Source: a virus (Duplodnaviria; Heunggongvirae; Uroviricota; Caudoviricetes). From it: 52,832 nt of DNA. The stretch lies in IMG/VR virus record IMGVR_UViG_3300028797_000097; one strand, 5' to 3'. Positions within the stretch are counted from its first letter, which is position 1; every line of letters starts with the position of its first letter. Shown in pieces: positions 9,168-17,571 of the stretch. The notes under the pieces are model-generated. The model was not told the DNA's origin and did no database searches. It saw only the letters and a list, made by a program, of their open reading frames with translations. The position numbers and the translations under genes are program-made.

Positions 9168-9796
9168 TAGTAACCTCTACACTTTTCTTTCATAAGAGAA
9201 ATGAATACTTCATTAATAGGATCACTGGTTTTTCTGATGGTATCAGTTCTTCTTGGAGTTAAACGATAACGAGAACCAGATGGTCTTTGAGTAGCAGTAA
9301 TAACAGGTCGCTGTGTCTGTCTAGCAATCTGGCTAACAAGATCCATAGCTTCATGATAGCTTGTTAGAACGTCTTTAGGACCATTATCAGTAGCTACAGT
9401 TTTAACAACCTTTACCTTATCATAAGCAGGTCTGAAATCACTAAATAAATCCTGTTCATCGATATACTTATCATATTCTTTATCAAATGTAGAAGCATTA
9501 TCGAGAATAGATGGCTTACCAGTTCCAAGGAACCGATTGAGCTTATACCATACTTCTGGCAATTTCTTGTTATACTTGTTTACAAATTCGTCTTCCCTTT
9601 TCTTTCTGGTAGACCATTTACAAATATAAGCAAAGATTGTATTGACAATTAAACCGACAAACATCAGCGGAGCGATAAGAACGCAGGCAACCTTAGGGTC
9701 ATCCTTAACATCAATCATTTTCTGGCTTTTTAAGAACCGAATGAGTAAACGACAGCCGATGTATGAGGCAATGTAGATTAGAAGTAATTTGAGCAT
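9167..9796 (-). CDS. membrane-anchored hypothetical protein
   Basis: Two N-terminal hydrophobic segments, AAGGA RBS, first gene after promoter 9828. Confidence 0.7.
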   Translation of the reverse strand: MLKLLLIYIASYIGCRLLIRFLKSQKMIDVKDDPKVACVLIAPLMFVGLIVNTIFAYICKWSTRKKREDEFVNKYNKKLPEVWYKLNRFLGTGKPSILDNASTFDKEYDKYIDEQDLFSDFRPAYDKVKVVKTVATDNGPKDVLTSYHEAMDLVSQIARQTQRPVITATQRPSGSRYRLTPRRTDTIRKTSDPINEVFISLMKEKCRGY

Positions 9797-9827
9797 TTTT
9801 TATCCTTTTTTATGTTTTACTGAATAT

Positions 9828-9856
9828 AATATAGAAAAAAGAACCACTTTTGTAAA
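9828..9856 (-). promoter_or_regulatory. sigma70-like early promoter fused to the pncB terminator
   Basis: TTTACA-N17-TATATT; stem aaagaacca/tggttcttt. Confidence 0.8.
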
Positions 9857-9896
9857 TGGTTCTTTTTAATTTTTATCTGATGAATATTTTTGCAGA

Positions 9897-11180
9897 CTAC
9901 GGTGTTTTAATCACGACCATTCCACCCTTCCACTGGTCAAGCGGAATATACTCAAATACGCTCTTAACGTATTCAACGTATGCCGGAGATTCGCACATAT
10001 TCTTTTCAGGGCAATCGCTAAGCTTAACGACATCTCTACCATTAACCTTAACAACCTTCATGACCATGGAAAGCGGCTTAATACCAGCAGTCTCAGTTAC
10101 AAGATTTGCCATGAAATAAGTACCGATACCGAAGCTGATCTTGATACGACCATTGAAATGCTGTGCAATCTTGATAGCCTTATCAACATCGAGAGAGTCA
10201 GACCAGCAACCAGTCTTAGTAGTCGGGTCAATACCGAGTGCCTTATAATGGGCAATCAACATTTCACCCCAGACAATCGGGTCACCAGAGTCATGACGAC
10301 ATCCGTCGAACAACTTTGCATAGAACTTATCAAAGTCACGAAGGAACGGAATGAAACCAAAGTTATCAGACAATGCAATACCGAGATCGCCACGATATTC
10401 CTGGGTCCATGCATCAAATACAGCCTTCTGAGACTGACGAATAGGAACATCATCAAGACCCTGGAACAATGCATACATTTCATGTGCAAACGTTCCAATT
10501 GCCTTTACACCATATTTAATGGCGAAATAAAGGTTAGAAGTTCCGACAAAGCACTTACAGTTCTTAGCCATATAACCAACTGCATAGTCCTGCCAAGCGA
10601 AAGAATGTCTACGTCTTGCACCAAAATCAGCAAAACCGAACTTTAAGCCAGAATCGATTGCAGCATTAAACTTATCAACTGCTTCCTTAAGATTTTGCTT
10701 TGCCTTTTCAAAATCAAATTCAAACTGACGGAGATAAAGTTCCTGGATGATTTCCATCACATAGATTTCAAACCAAGTAACCTTGAGCTGAGGACCTTCT
10801 GCTTCAATTTCAAGATCGTCACCACGACGAGTAATCTTGATATACTTTCTCTTCAACCGGAAGTCTTCTAGCCAGTCAACATAGTCAGGCTTAATGTAAT
10901 AAATCTTGGACAATGCATCAAGTTCAAACGGTTGCCATCTAAGAGTACAAAGATGATCAACTTCACGGTTAACTGCATCAACCAAATAACCCAAATGAAC
11001 ATCCTTAGAGCGAAGCTTCCACTTCCACTTAGCCCATTCATTTGGACGCTTATGAAGTAAACATTGTGTCATACTGACCTTATAAATGTCAGTATCACTC
11101 AAATAATTGATGATATACTTTTCTTCATCAATCGGTTTATAATTCTTAATTTCGTCAATTTCTTTTTGAGAAAGTTCCAT
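9897..11180 (-). CDS. pncB: nicotinate phosphoribosyltransferase (E. coli-type NAPRT)
   Basis: DTDIYK, DFGARRRHS, GTSN, GTFAHE, GCRHDSGDP, WGEMLIAHYKALGIDP, SFGIGT, KLSD motifs match PncB rather than NAMPT. Confidence 0.93.
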   Translation of the reverse strand: MELSQKEIDEIKNYKPIDEEKYIINYLSDTDIYKVSMTQCLLHKRPNEWAKWKWKLRSKDVHLGYLVDAVNREVDHLCTLRWQPFELDALSKIYYIKPDYVDWLEDFRLKRKYIKITRRGDDLEIEAEGPQLKVTWFEIYVMEIIQELYLRQFEFDFEKAKQNLKEAVDKFNAAIDSGLKFGFADFGARRRHSFAWQDYAVGYMAKNCKCFVGTSNLYFAIKYGVKAIGTFAHEMYALFQGLDDVPIRQSQKAVFDAWTQEYRGDLGIALSDNFGFIPFLRDFDKFYAKLFDGCRHDSGDPIVWGEMLIAHYKALGIDPTTKTGCWSDSLDVDKAIKIAQHFNGRIKISFGIGTYFMANLVTETAGIKPLSMVMKVVKVNGRDVVKLSDCPEKNMCESPAYVEYVKSVFEYIPLDQWKGGMVVIKTP

Positions 11181-11208
11181 TTTAATATCCTTTTTTAAAT
11201 TTGACTAA

Positions 11209-11237
11209 AATATAGCAAAATAAAATGTATTTGTAAA
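11209..11237 (-). promoter_or_regulatory. sigma70-like early promoter (pncB)
   Basis: TTTACA-N17-TATATT. Confidence 0.8.
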
Positions 11238-11246
11238 TGCTTTTAA

Positions 11247-11254
11247 TATAAATA
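11247..11254 (+). promoter_or_regulatory. T4-type late promoter
   Basis: TATAAATA(ATATAAA) upstream of leader-family gene 11323. Confidence 0.75.
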
Positions 11255-11322
11255 ATATAAATTACGGTTTCTTAGAGTTCCGAGAAACCAAAGAAAATAC
11301 AGAATTTAATAGAGGATTAGGT

Positions 11323-11871
11323 ATGAATCTTAATGAAGCAAAGCAATTTCTTAAAAGACATGGCTTTATCGTAGAAAGAAAGGGTGATTTTGTTGATCCG
11401 TCAACAAGACCTGAATTTTATGACCCGGATTACTATGCAGAAGATGGTTATGATGCTAGTGATGAAGAAAGCGATTGCTCAAATTATGCTACCGAGGTTG
11501 AAAAATATTTAAAAACAAATTATCCTGATAAAAAGGTCGAAGTTAATTATGATATTTCTGACGATGGAGAATATATTAAATATGAATGCGCTGTTGCTTT
11601 TATATTTGATCATCTTCCAACATTTGATGAAGTAACTGACTGTGAAGATATTTCTTATGACATTGCAAATGATGTAGATGATTGCGGATGTCCATGGGAT
11701 GATGGCGAAACTTTAATATATGCCGTTGTCAATGGAAAGAAACAAGATATAACTAATACTTATAAAAATCCAGAAGGCATAGAAAACGCTGAATATTTTG
11801 AAGTTGTTGAAATGTCTTATGGTACAAAACGAATTCCTGAACCAGAAGATCCTCGTGAACCTGAATGGTAA
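11323..11871 (+). CDS. leader-family late protein, acidic cargo (putative virion-internal)
   Basis: MNLNEAKQFLKRHGFIVE leader; GAGGA RBS; D/E-rich body. Confidence 0.75.
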   Translation: MNLNEAKQFLKRHGFIVERKGDFVDPSTRPEFYDPDYYAEDGYDASDEESDCSNYATEVEKYLKTNYPDKKVEVNYDISDDGEYIKYECAVAFIFDHLPTFDEVTDCEDISYDIANDVDDCGCPWDDGETLIYAVVNGKKQDITNTYKNPEGIENAEYFEVVEMSYGTKRIPEPEDPREPEW

Positions 11872-11889
11872 TTTATTAACATGAAAATA

Positions 11890-11919
11890 AAAAAGGATTG
11901 GATAAAACCAATCCTTTTT
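11890..11919. terminator. bidirectional intrinsic terminator
   Basis: aaaaaggattgg/ccaatccttttt between convergent genes. Confidence 0.85.
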
Positions 11920-11927
11920 AAATATTA

Positions 11928-12269
11928 TTAAAAACCATGTTTAAGTTTTTGAACATAATAGTTCAGTGGTTTGTCATCTTCATTTGCTGCATTAACACAT
12001 TTGTTATAACGAGTTTGATTGAAGTATTTTGATCTTTCCTTGAAAATCATTTCATGCATATCGTTCATCATTTTGTAACGGTGCATCATGAATTCATTAA
12101 CAAGTTTTTCTGATGTAACGATATAATAATTAAGTGACTTTTTTAAATTATTTTGGTCTACTGCTTTAATATAAGTAATGCATTCATCATAACGGCCAGA
12201 AGCAAGAAACTTGCTAATATCTGCCATAACTTTTAAATCAGGTGGGAAAAGTTTTAGAAAGAATTTCAT
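11928..12269 (-). CDS. hypothetical protein
   Basis: ATG 12269 (MKFF) with GGAG RBS. Confidence 0.7.
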   Translation of the reverse strand: MKFFLKLFPPDLKVMADISKFLASGRYDECITYIKAVDQNNLKKSLNYYIVTSEKLVNEFMMHRYKMMNDMHEMIFKERSKYFNQTRYNKCVNAANEDDKPLNYYVQKLKHGF

Positions 12270-12288
12270 TTTAATCTCCAAAAAATGG

Positions 12289-12507
12289 TTATTCCTTAAT
12301 ATTGATTTTGATTTGAGAACCTAATGTTCTGATCACAATATCTACGTTTTCTTTTGTAACAGGTTTATGTAATTTTCTTACTACATCTTCAGCCAGTGCA
12401 TAAATCTGCTTTTCTGTCGCGCCATCGGCAACAGCAAGCAGATCTTGCCATACATCTGCAAGGTCATTAAGACCTTCTGTATTATATCTGTCTAGAATAT
12501 TAGGCAT
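12289..12507 (-). CDS. hypothetical protein
   Basis: 72-aa ORF overlapping the pncA stop. Confidence 0.7.
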   Translation of the reverse strand: MPNILDRYNTEGLNDLADVWQDLLAVADGATEKQIYALAEDVVRKLHKPVTKENVDIVIRTLGSQIKINIKE

Positions 12508-13087
12508 TGATTACATCAATCTGTTGACGCTGGAGACAGAGAATTGCAGCCTTCTGACCTTCTTCATCCAAATCAGCAATGCAGCTTGCATCGACCGTAA
12601 TCTTCATATTCGGGAATGCAGCTCTGAGAATAACTGCGTTCGCAAGAACACAAATCGTGCTTACGAAACCCCAAATTTCAATTTCGTCGAATTCAATACC
12701 GAGATTTCTGATATATTCAGGAAGATCGAGCTTACCGAATGTATACTTATCGACAGAATAGAAATTGTGCTTACCATCTTGGTTCTTCTTCTGAAGTTCA
12801 TCAAGAATAGTCTTTTCAATTTCCCAACCATCGGTCAGCTTAATGCAGTGCGGAACTGGAAGCTTCTGACCTTCCAATGTTTCCTCATACGGCTTGCCTT
12901 CCATTGGAGGCCAACCAGTAGTAACCTGCATCTTGTTAAAGTGAGTATCATGCGTTGCAATGATAGCACCATCCCAGTGCTTAATCTTGTTAACAATATT
13001 AGGAACCTTCGCCTGTGCGAATGGATTTGCGAGTGCACCAGTAATAAAGTCTACCTGTGCATCAACTAATAAGCCGAGTTTTGCCAT
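12500..13087 (-). CDS. pncA: nicotinamidase (isochorismatase / cysteine hydrolase family)
   Basis: LLVDAQVDF (Asp), HDTH, PHC, DKYTFG (Lys), GFVSTICV (Cys nucleophile). Confidence 0.85.
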   Translation of the reverse strand: MAKLGLLVDAQVDFITGALANPFAQAKVPNIVNKIKHWDGAIIATHDTHFNKMQVTTGWPPMEGKPYEETLEGQKLPVPHCIKLTDGWEIEKTILDELQKKNQDGKHNFYSVDKYTFGKLDLPEYIRNLGIEFDEIEIWGFVSTICVLANAVILRAAFPNMKITVDASCIADLDEEGQKAAILCLQRQQIDVINA

Positions 13088-13113
13088 TGTTATATCCTCT
13101 CTTTTTATTTTTA

Positions 13114-13142
13114 AATTTAGTAAATTTTTTTGTGTTTGTAAA
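13114..13142 (-). promoter_or_regulatory. sigma70-like early promoter (pncA), variant -10
   Basis: TTTACA-N17-TAAATT. Confidence 0.6.
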
Positions 13143-13147
13143 TATGT

Positions 13148-13792
13148 TTATTTGTTTTCAGCTTCCTTATAAAGCTTTAAAAATTCTCTCGAAATAAAAT
13201 TCGTATGAATTCGTTTTTCTTCAAAAGGTTTATCAGGACCATGAACTGCAACATGCATGTTATATGCCAATCTTCGCATACATTGTAAACCTTCTTTGTC
13301 ATGTTCGAGTTCTTCTGGGAAATCTCCATGCACTTCATTCCAATACTGACTTCCTACGACAGTCATGGAATGCATAAGAAAATAAGAATTAAGATGAGCA
13401 AATGCTAGTTCATTACCTGCACGTCTCGAAACTGTTATCCCTGCTGCATACTTATTACGCATAACATTTGCGGCAGAATAAAATACACGAGACATAAAAT
13501 TGGCAAGTTGACCAGTAATTCCAGCATAATAAACTGGCGATGCAAAGATAAAACCATCGGCATTCTGTGCTTTTTCAATAAAGCGATTAACTAAATCGTT
13601 ATCAAAAACACAGTGTCCAAGTTTTTTATCTTTACAGACATTGCAACAAATACAACCGTTCATCTGTGGACCTAACCACATATTATCGATTACATTATCG
13701 CCGAGAATTTTAAATTCTTCTTCGACTTCATGCAATGCCCTAGCAGTACAACCGTCTCGGTGTGGACTACCATTTACCATTAAAATATTCAT
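13148..13792 (-). CDS. iron-sulfur flavoprotein (flavodoxin-like, Isf/WrbA family)
   Basis: NGSPHRDGCT, CX2CX2CX7C (CICCNVCKDKKLGHC), FASPVYY. Confidence 0.85.
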   Translation of the reverse strand: MNILMVNGSPHRDGCTARALHEVEEEFKILGDNVIDNMWLGPQMNGCICCNVCKDKKLGHCVFDNDLVNRFIEKAQNADGFIFASPVYYAGITGQLANFMSRVFYSAANVMRNKYAAGITVSRRAGNELAFAHLNSYFLMHSMTVVGSQYWNEVHGDFPEELEHDKEGLQCMRRLAYNMHVAVHGPDKPFEEKRIHTNFISREFLKLYKEAENK

Positions 13793-14745
13793 TACTTTTC
13801 TGCCTCAAGTGCAATCAACGAGTTACCACAAGTAATACGGTCTGCGTCTTCTTCATGCGACGGGATGAAAACAATAACCTGCCAACCTGCATCAACAAGT
13901 GGCTTTTCGAACTTTTCGTAAACGTCGAAATCAAATTCAGTAGTGAAGTTATTTACTGCTGCAGCTTCTGTTGCATGGATAGGAGTAATCTTGACAATGA
14001 AACGATCCTTGTCGAAATACTTGTCCATGAGAGCAGGGTCAAGATTGCACTTGCCAGTTGCTGCAAAGTTCAGAGTATACTTTCTACCAGCAGGAGGCGG
14101 AAGACGCTTTGCCAAATCCGAGATTTCCTGCAAGCTTAACGACTGGTTATTAAACATGTCGTTTCTATCAGCTTCATCAAGGGTATTGATAGAGAACTGA
14201 AGACCAATACCGCCATTCCACTTTGCATCGTAACCAAGAGCACACCAGTCTTGGAGGAATGCTTCAAGCTTCTTATTGTTATTCGGAAGCATGGTAGAAA
14301 CGACAGGATGATATTCCTTGAACCAGTTATTGGAAATATTACCAATATCACGAGCGACCTTAATTACGTTTGGATTCCAAGTAGGTTCGCCCATTCTTGC
14401 AAAGTGGACATTGAGTCTTTCACCTTGAGTGATCTTAGAGAATGCGATACCATTAACAATTTCGGACATCAATTCAAAGTAGGGGACATTTCCCTTGAAG
14501 CCGAACTTAGGACAGTCACAGAACTTACAGGATTCAAGACAACCCTTCTGTGTAGAAACCGTAACGACAAGCTTATCCGCTACATCGACGGGTTTGTGAA
14601 CGACCTTTTCGATTCTTTTGGTATAGCCTAAGAAATCTGCCTTAATGTTATTTTCTTTACCATAATCGCCTACGTAAAGATACTCCAAGTTGAGGTCTGT
14701 GTCCGAGACAATCATGCCAGTGTGTGTTTGAGTTATAGTTCTCAT
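13792..14745 (-). CDS. RlmN/Cfr-like radical SAM enzyme
   Basis: VSTQKGCLESCKFC (CX3CX2C), RMGEP, C-terminal ITCGNS equivalent to the RlmN AACGQL methyl-carrier Cys. Confidence 0.8.
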   Translation of the reverse strand: MRTITQTHTGMIVSDTDLNLEYLYVGDYGKENNIKADFLGYTKRIEKVVHKPVDVADKLVVTVSTQKGCLESCKFCDCPKFGFKGNVPYFELMSEIVNGIAFSKITQGERLNVHFARMGEPTWNPNVIKVARDIGNISNNWFKEYHPVVSTMLPNNNKKLEAFLQDWCALGYDAKWNGGIGLQFSINTLDEADRNDMFNNQSLSLQEISDLAKRLPPPAGRKYTLNFAATGKCNLDPALMDKYFDKDRFIVKITPIHATEAAAVNNFTTEFDFDVYEKFEKPLVDAGWQVIVFIPSHEEDADRITCGNSLIALEAEK

Positions 14746-14758
14746 TTGTTATTCTCCA

Positions 14759-14830
14759 TTAAAATACTAATGTTAAAAATTTAAAAATTTCTTCCCATGT
14801 GAGGGTTACTAATTCTTCGTCTGTAAACAT
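14759..14830 (-). CDS. 23-aa micro-ORF
   Basis: MFTDEELVTLTWEEIFKFLTLVF, AAGGAG RBS directly after promoter 14847. Confidence 0.55.
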   Translation of the reverse strand: MFTDEELVTLTWEEIFKFLTLVF

Positions 14831-14846
14831 GGTAAAATCTCCTTCA

Positions 14847-14875
14847 AATATAAAAAAATAGACCGCTTTTGTAAG
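14847..14875 (-). promoter_or_regulatory. sigma70-like early promoter fused to terminator hairpin
   Basis: CTTACA-N17-TATATT; stem gaccgctt/aagcggtc plus U-tract. Confidence 0.8.
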
Positions 14876-14909
14876 CGGTCCTTAATTGTTAAACGTGGTA
14901 AAAAATTAT

Positions 14910-14987
14910 TTACAATATACTAACAACCACAAACCGCGGTGACGATTTGCTGTATGATGAATAGTTGTAAGTATTATTAATAAACAT
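14910..14987 (-). CDS. 25-aa micro-ORF
   Basis: MFINNTYNYSSYSKSSPRFVVVSIL with GAGGA RBS. Confidence 0.45.
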   Translation of the reverse strand: MFINNTYNYSSYSKSSPRFVVVSIL

Positions 14988-15033
14988 TTGTTTCCTCTGT
15001 CTTATATATAATTTTTATTTTTACTTTTTCGTA

Positions 15034-15270
15034 TTAGATTTTCTTTTGCTTGACAGTTAATCCATCTGCTTTAATATCTAAGAGTTTCCTGGAATCATAA
15101 AAATAGACTCTGACAAATTTCTTACCAGTAAAGTCGTGTTTATATTCCCATTTCTTTGCATCTGGAATTATTTGTTCATAACAAAAATTCGGATTACAAA
15201 TTTCTAATACCAATGGTTTTGCAAAAGCAAAACTAACCAAAAATAACATAATAAAAATTAATTTACTCAT
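15034..15270 (-). CDS. small secreted protein
   Basis: Signal-peptide-like MSKLIFIMLFLVSFAFA; CX4C. Confidence 0.65.
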   Translation of the reverse strand: MSKLIFIMLFLVSFAFAKPLVLEICNPNFCYEQIIPDAKKWEYKHDFTGKKFVRVYFYDSRKLLDIKADGLTVKQKKI

Positions 15271-15277
15271 ATTATAT

Positions 15278-15757
15278 TTATGCCTTTAGTTTTTCTTCTA
15301 GTTTATGTAATACTTCCTTATATGTCGTGAAAAGGATAGCGTTACTCCCAGCCCCAACAAAATCAGCACAATTTTCTGGTTTGTCATCGATTAATAAACG
15401 ATTTGGTTTCGCATGTTCAACCTTATTAAAAGACTTATCGCAAATAATAATATTTGCCTGATCTATTTCAGGACAGTTACATTCAAGCCAATATCGTTTT
15501 CCTCGTTTACCAGACTTAGAGAAAATAGCGGATAGAACACCAAGTTTAAAATTATACTTCTTCTGTAATTCAAGAATGCCTAGATAAAGATCATGACCTT
15601 CAAGAAGCCAAGGCATATCAATCCAGAATTTAGCACCAATCTTACATACTTTATCCCAATTCGCTTTTCCCGTAGGTTTTCGGGCATTGTAAAAATCAAT
15701 CTGGTAATCCCAGTTAGTTAATACACCGTCCATATCTAAATATACTTCATCTATCAT
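15278..15757 (-). CDS. HAD-family 5'(3')-nucleotidase-like protein
   Basis: YLDMDGV (DxD), LIDD, K in VEHAK. Confidence 0.8.
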   Translation of the reverse strand: MIDEVYLDMDGVLTNWDYQIDFYNARKPTGKANWDKVCKIGAKFWIDMPWLLEGHDLYLGILELQKKYNFKLGVLSAIFSKSGKRGKRYWLECNCPEIDQANIIICDKSFNKVEHAKPNRLLIDDKPENCADFVGAGSNAILFTTYKEVLHKLEEKLKA

Positions 15758-16749
15758 AGAGTAGAAATGTTTAAAAGTTCAGAAATTGTTTCGTGTCCAG
15801 TTATTTTATGGAAATTTTCCTTAGGCATATCGACCGAAATACTTACTTCCATATTAGGCATGTCTATATAAAGGTCAGGAACGATAATATTGCCTACTGT
15901 ATCTCGTTTCTTAATTCCGTCAATATTATAAATTGAATCTGATGGAACATCAAACAGATGTAATACTCTTGCAGGATTAATCTGTTTAAAACCAAGAATA
16001 TCAAAGTTTATAATCTTGCACATGCTATGCAATGCCGGAATTTTCTTCTGTAACCAGGAAATATTCTTTTCGATTTCTTTCTTATACTTTTCAAAAAGAA
16101 CCTTTCCTCGACCAGTATTCTTGAATCCTTGAATCAAGACCCTTCTTCCCTGTAAAGCAGGAAGGTCATGCCTGTTAAGAATACCAGCGATTACATGAAT
16201 AACGACCCTATCGCCAAGTTTGTCTATGAATTTAAAATCTTCCTTACAATGTGCGTCATGCAATGTAATTCCAAGGCCATAAATGAGTTCTTCATCGATT
16301 AATTTCTTAATAAGGTCTTTATTTTCTTTGATATGAATCTGATTAATATTAAGGTTAACGATGATTTGTCTTGCCTTGAGAATTCCCAGAATAGTTATAA
16401 GTTCTGGATGTGCTAAAGGATTTCCACCAGTAATATTAACTTCAAGTCCAGGATAGAAAGAATTAATCATAGGTAACAGCTTTGACAAATCAGCATGCTT
16501 TGTTGCACTATTACTTCCTTCAGAACAGAACTGACAACCTGCATTACAAAAGTCTGTAATTTTTATAGTTATATTTTCTGGCGCTTCATAAATGAAATTT
16601 TCAGAATCTGTCTCAACCCAACGGTTGACACGAGTTCCTTTAGATCCTGGTTCGTTTACGTAGTAACCAGTCTCTTTGACCTTCGTACCGTCAGTATAAA
16701 TAGTAGTACGATGATTGCCATTTATATAACTAGTTATAATATTACTCAT
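15754..16749 (-). CDS. radical SAM domain protein
   Basis: KITDFCNAGCQFC (CX3CX2C), ITGGNPL. Confidence 0.85.
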   Translation of the reverse strand: MSNIITSYINGNHRTTIYTDGTKVKETGYYVNEPGSKGTRVNRWVETDSENFIYEAPENITIKITDFCNAGCQFCSEGSNSATKHADLSKLLPMINSFYPGLEVNITGGNPLAHPELITILGILKARQIIVNLNINQIHIKENKDLIKKLIDEELIYGLGITLHDAHCKEDFKFIDKLGDRVVIHVIAGILNRHDLPALQGRRVLIQGFKNTGRGKVLFEKYKKEIEKNISWLQKKIPALHSMCKIINFDILGFKQINPARVLHLFDVPSDSIYNIDGIKKRDTVGNIIVPDLYIDMPNMEVSISVDMPKENFHKITGHETISELLNISTL

Positions 16750-16774
16750 AAAAATACCTTATTTTTTCGATTTA

Positions 16775-16803
16775 AATATAGCAAAAATAATTAGTTCTGT
16801 AAA
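16775..16803 (-). promoter_or_regulatory. sigma70-like early promoter
   Basis: TTTACA-N17-TATATT. Confidence 0.8.
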
Positions 16804-16804
16804 C

Positions 16805-16812
16805 TATAAATA
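16805..16812 (+). promoter_or_regulatory. T4-type late promoter
   Basis: TATAAATA(ATATAAA). Confidence 0.75.
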
Positions 16813-16842
16813 ATATAAAATGATAAAAAATTTGAGGATTTT

Positions 16843-17484
16843 ATGATAGATTTTTTAAACGAAGCATTAGATTTGGGTGATGTCGAGAATTACGACGATC
16901 GCAATAAGGCTAAGGGATCATCAACATTCCGTAGCTTTATTATGACCGAAAAGGCTGATGAAGCATATAATAATAGAATTACCAATAGAATTTGTGCAGA
17001 AATTCGTGATATTATGGGAGATATTTATATAGCAACTCCGACAGGTTCTCGTTCTGCAAATAAAATTCAGCTTATTCGTAGAGGTAAGGGTGGTGCTTAT
17101 CAGTTCGAATTAAGAATTAATAGTGATGGAACTATTAGTGTTACTGATAATAGCCAAGCAAAGGGCTTTATCAAGACACTTGATGACGGAACCAAGAAGT
17201 TTATCTTGTTAAATGCTCATGAATTCTATAGAACAAAGAAGACAAATGATGCTGGTGTTTCTGAACTTATCGAATGGTTAACTGATAATTATGATAAGTA
17301 TGAAGCATCAAATGGTGCTGCAAGAGACAGACGTGAAGGAATTACTCAAGCTGCTCGCACTTCTTCCGCTATGGGAACAAGAAGAACAGGTCCAAAACGT
17401 GTTACAGATATGATGAGACGTCACGGTATTAGCAGTGTTTCTGACTTTTTAAGAAACGGCGGCAATATTAGAGACCTTATCTAA
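16843..17484 (+). CDS. late protein with short leader variant (MIDFLNE), unknown cargo
   Basis: Late promoter, GAGGA RBS, N-terminal L-N-E, Arg-rich C-terminus. Confidence 0.7.
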   Translation: MIDFLNEALDLGDVENYDDRNKAKGSSTFRSFIMTEKADEAYNNRITNRICAEIRDIMGDIYIATPTGSRSANKIQLIRRGKGGAYQFELRINSDGTISVTDNSQAKGFIKTLDDGTKKFILLNAHEFYRTKKTNDAGVSELIEWLTDNYDKYEASNGAARDRREGITQAARTSSAMGTRRTGPKRVTDMMRRHGISSVSDFLRNGGNIRDLI

Positions 17485-17504
17485 TATATAATATACAGAT
17501 TTTG

Positions 17505-17533
17505 AAAAACCAGTCAGTAACGGCTGGTTTTTT
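17505..17533 (+). terminator. intrinsic terminator abutting the next late promoter
   Basis: aaaaaccagtc/ggctggttttt. Confidence 0.8.
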
Positions 17534-17535
17534 AT

Positions 17536-17543
17536 TATAAATA
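17536..17543 (+). promoter_or_regulatory. T4-type late promoter
   Basis: TATAAATA(ATATAAA). Confidence 0.75.
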
Positions 17544-17571
17544 ATATAAAGAAAATTAATTGAGAGGAATT

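Noticed and set aside
9167-9400. LVSQIARQTQRPVITATQ resembles a DnaB/gp41 helicase motif
   Set aside because: No Walker A or B and no helicase-sized domain. The protein is membrane-anchored, so this is at most a fragment or chance match.
9897-11180. Calling this NAMPT (NadV), which would make the locus ordinary NARP2
   Set aside because: Motifs follow E. coli PncB closely, and PncA and NadE are only needed on the deamidated route.
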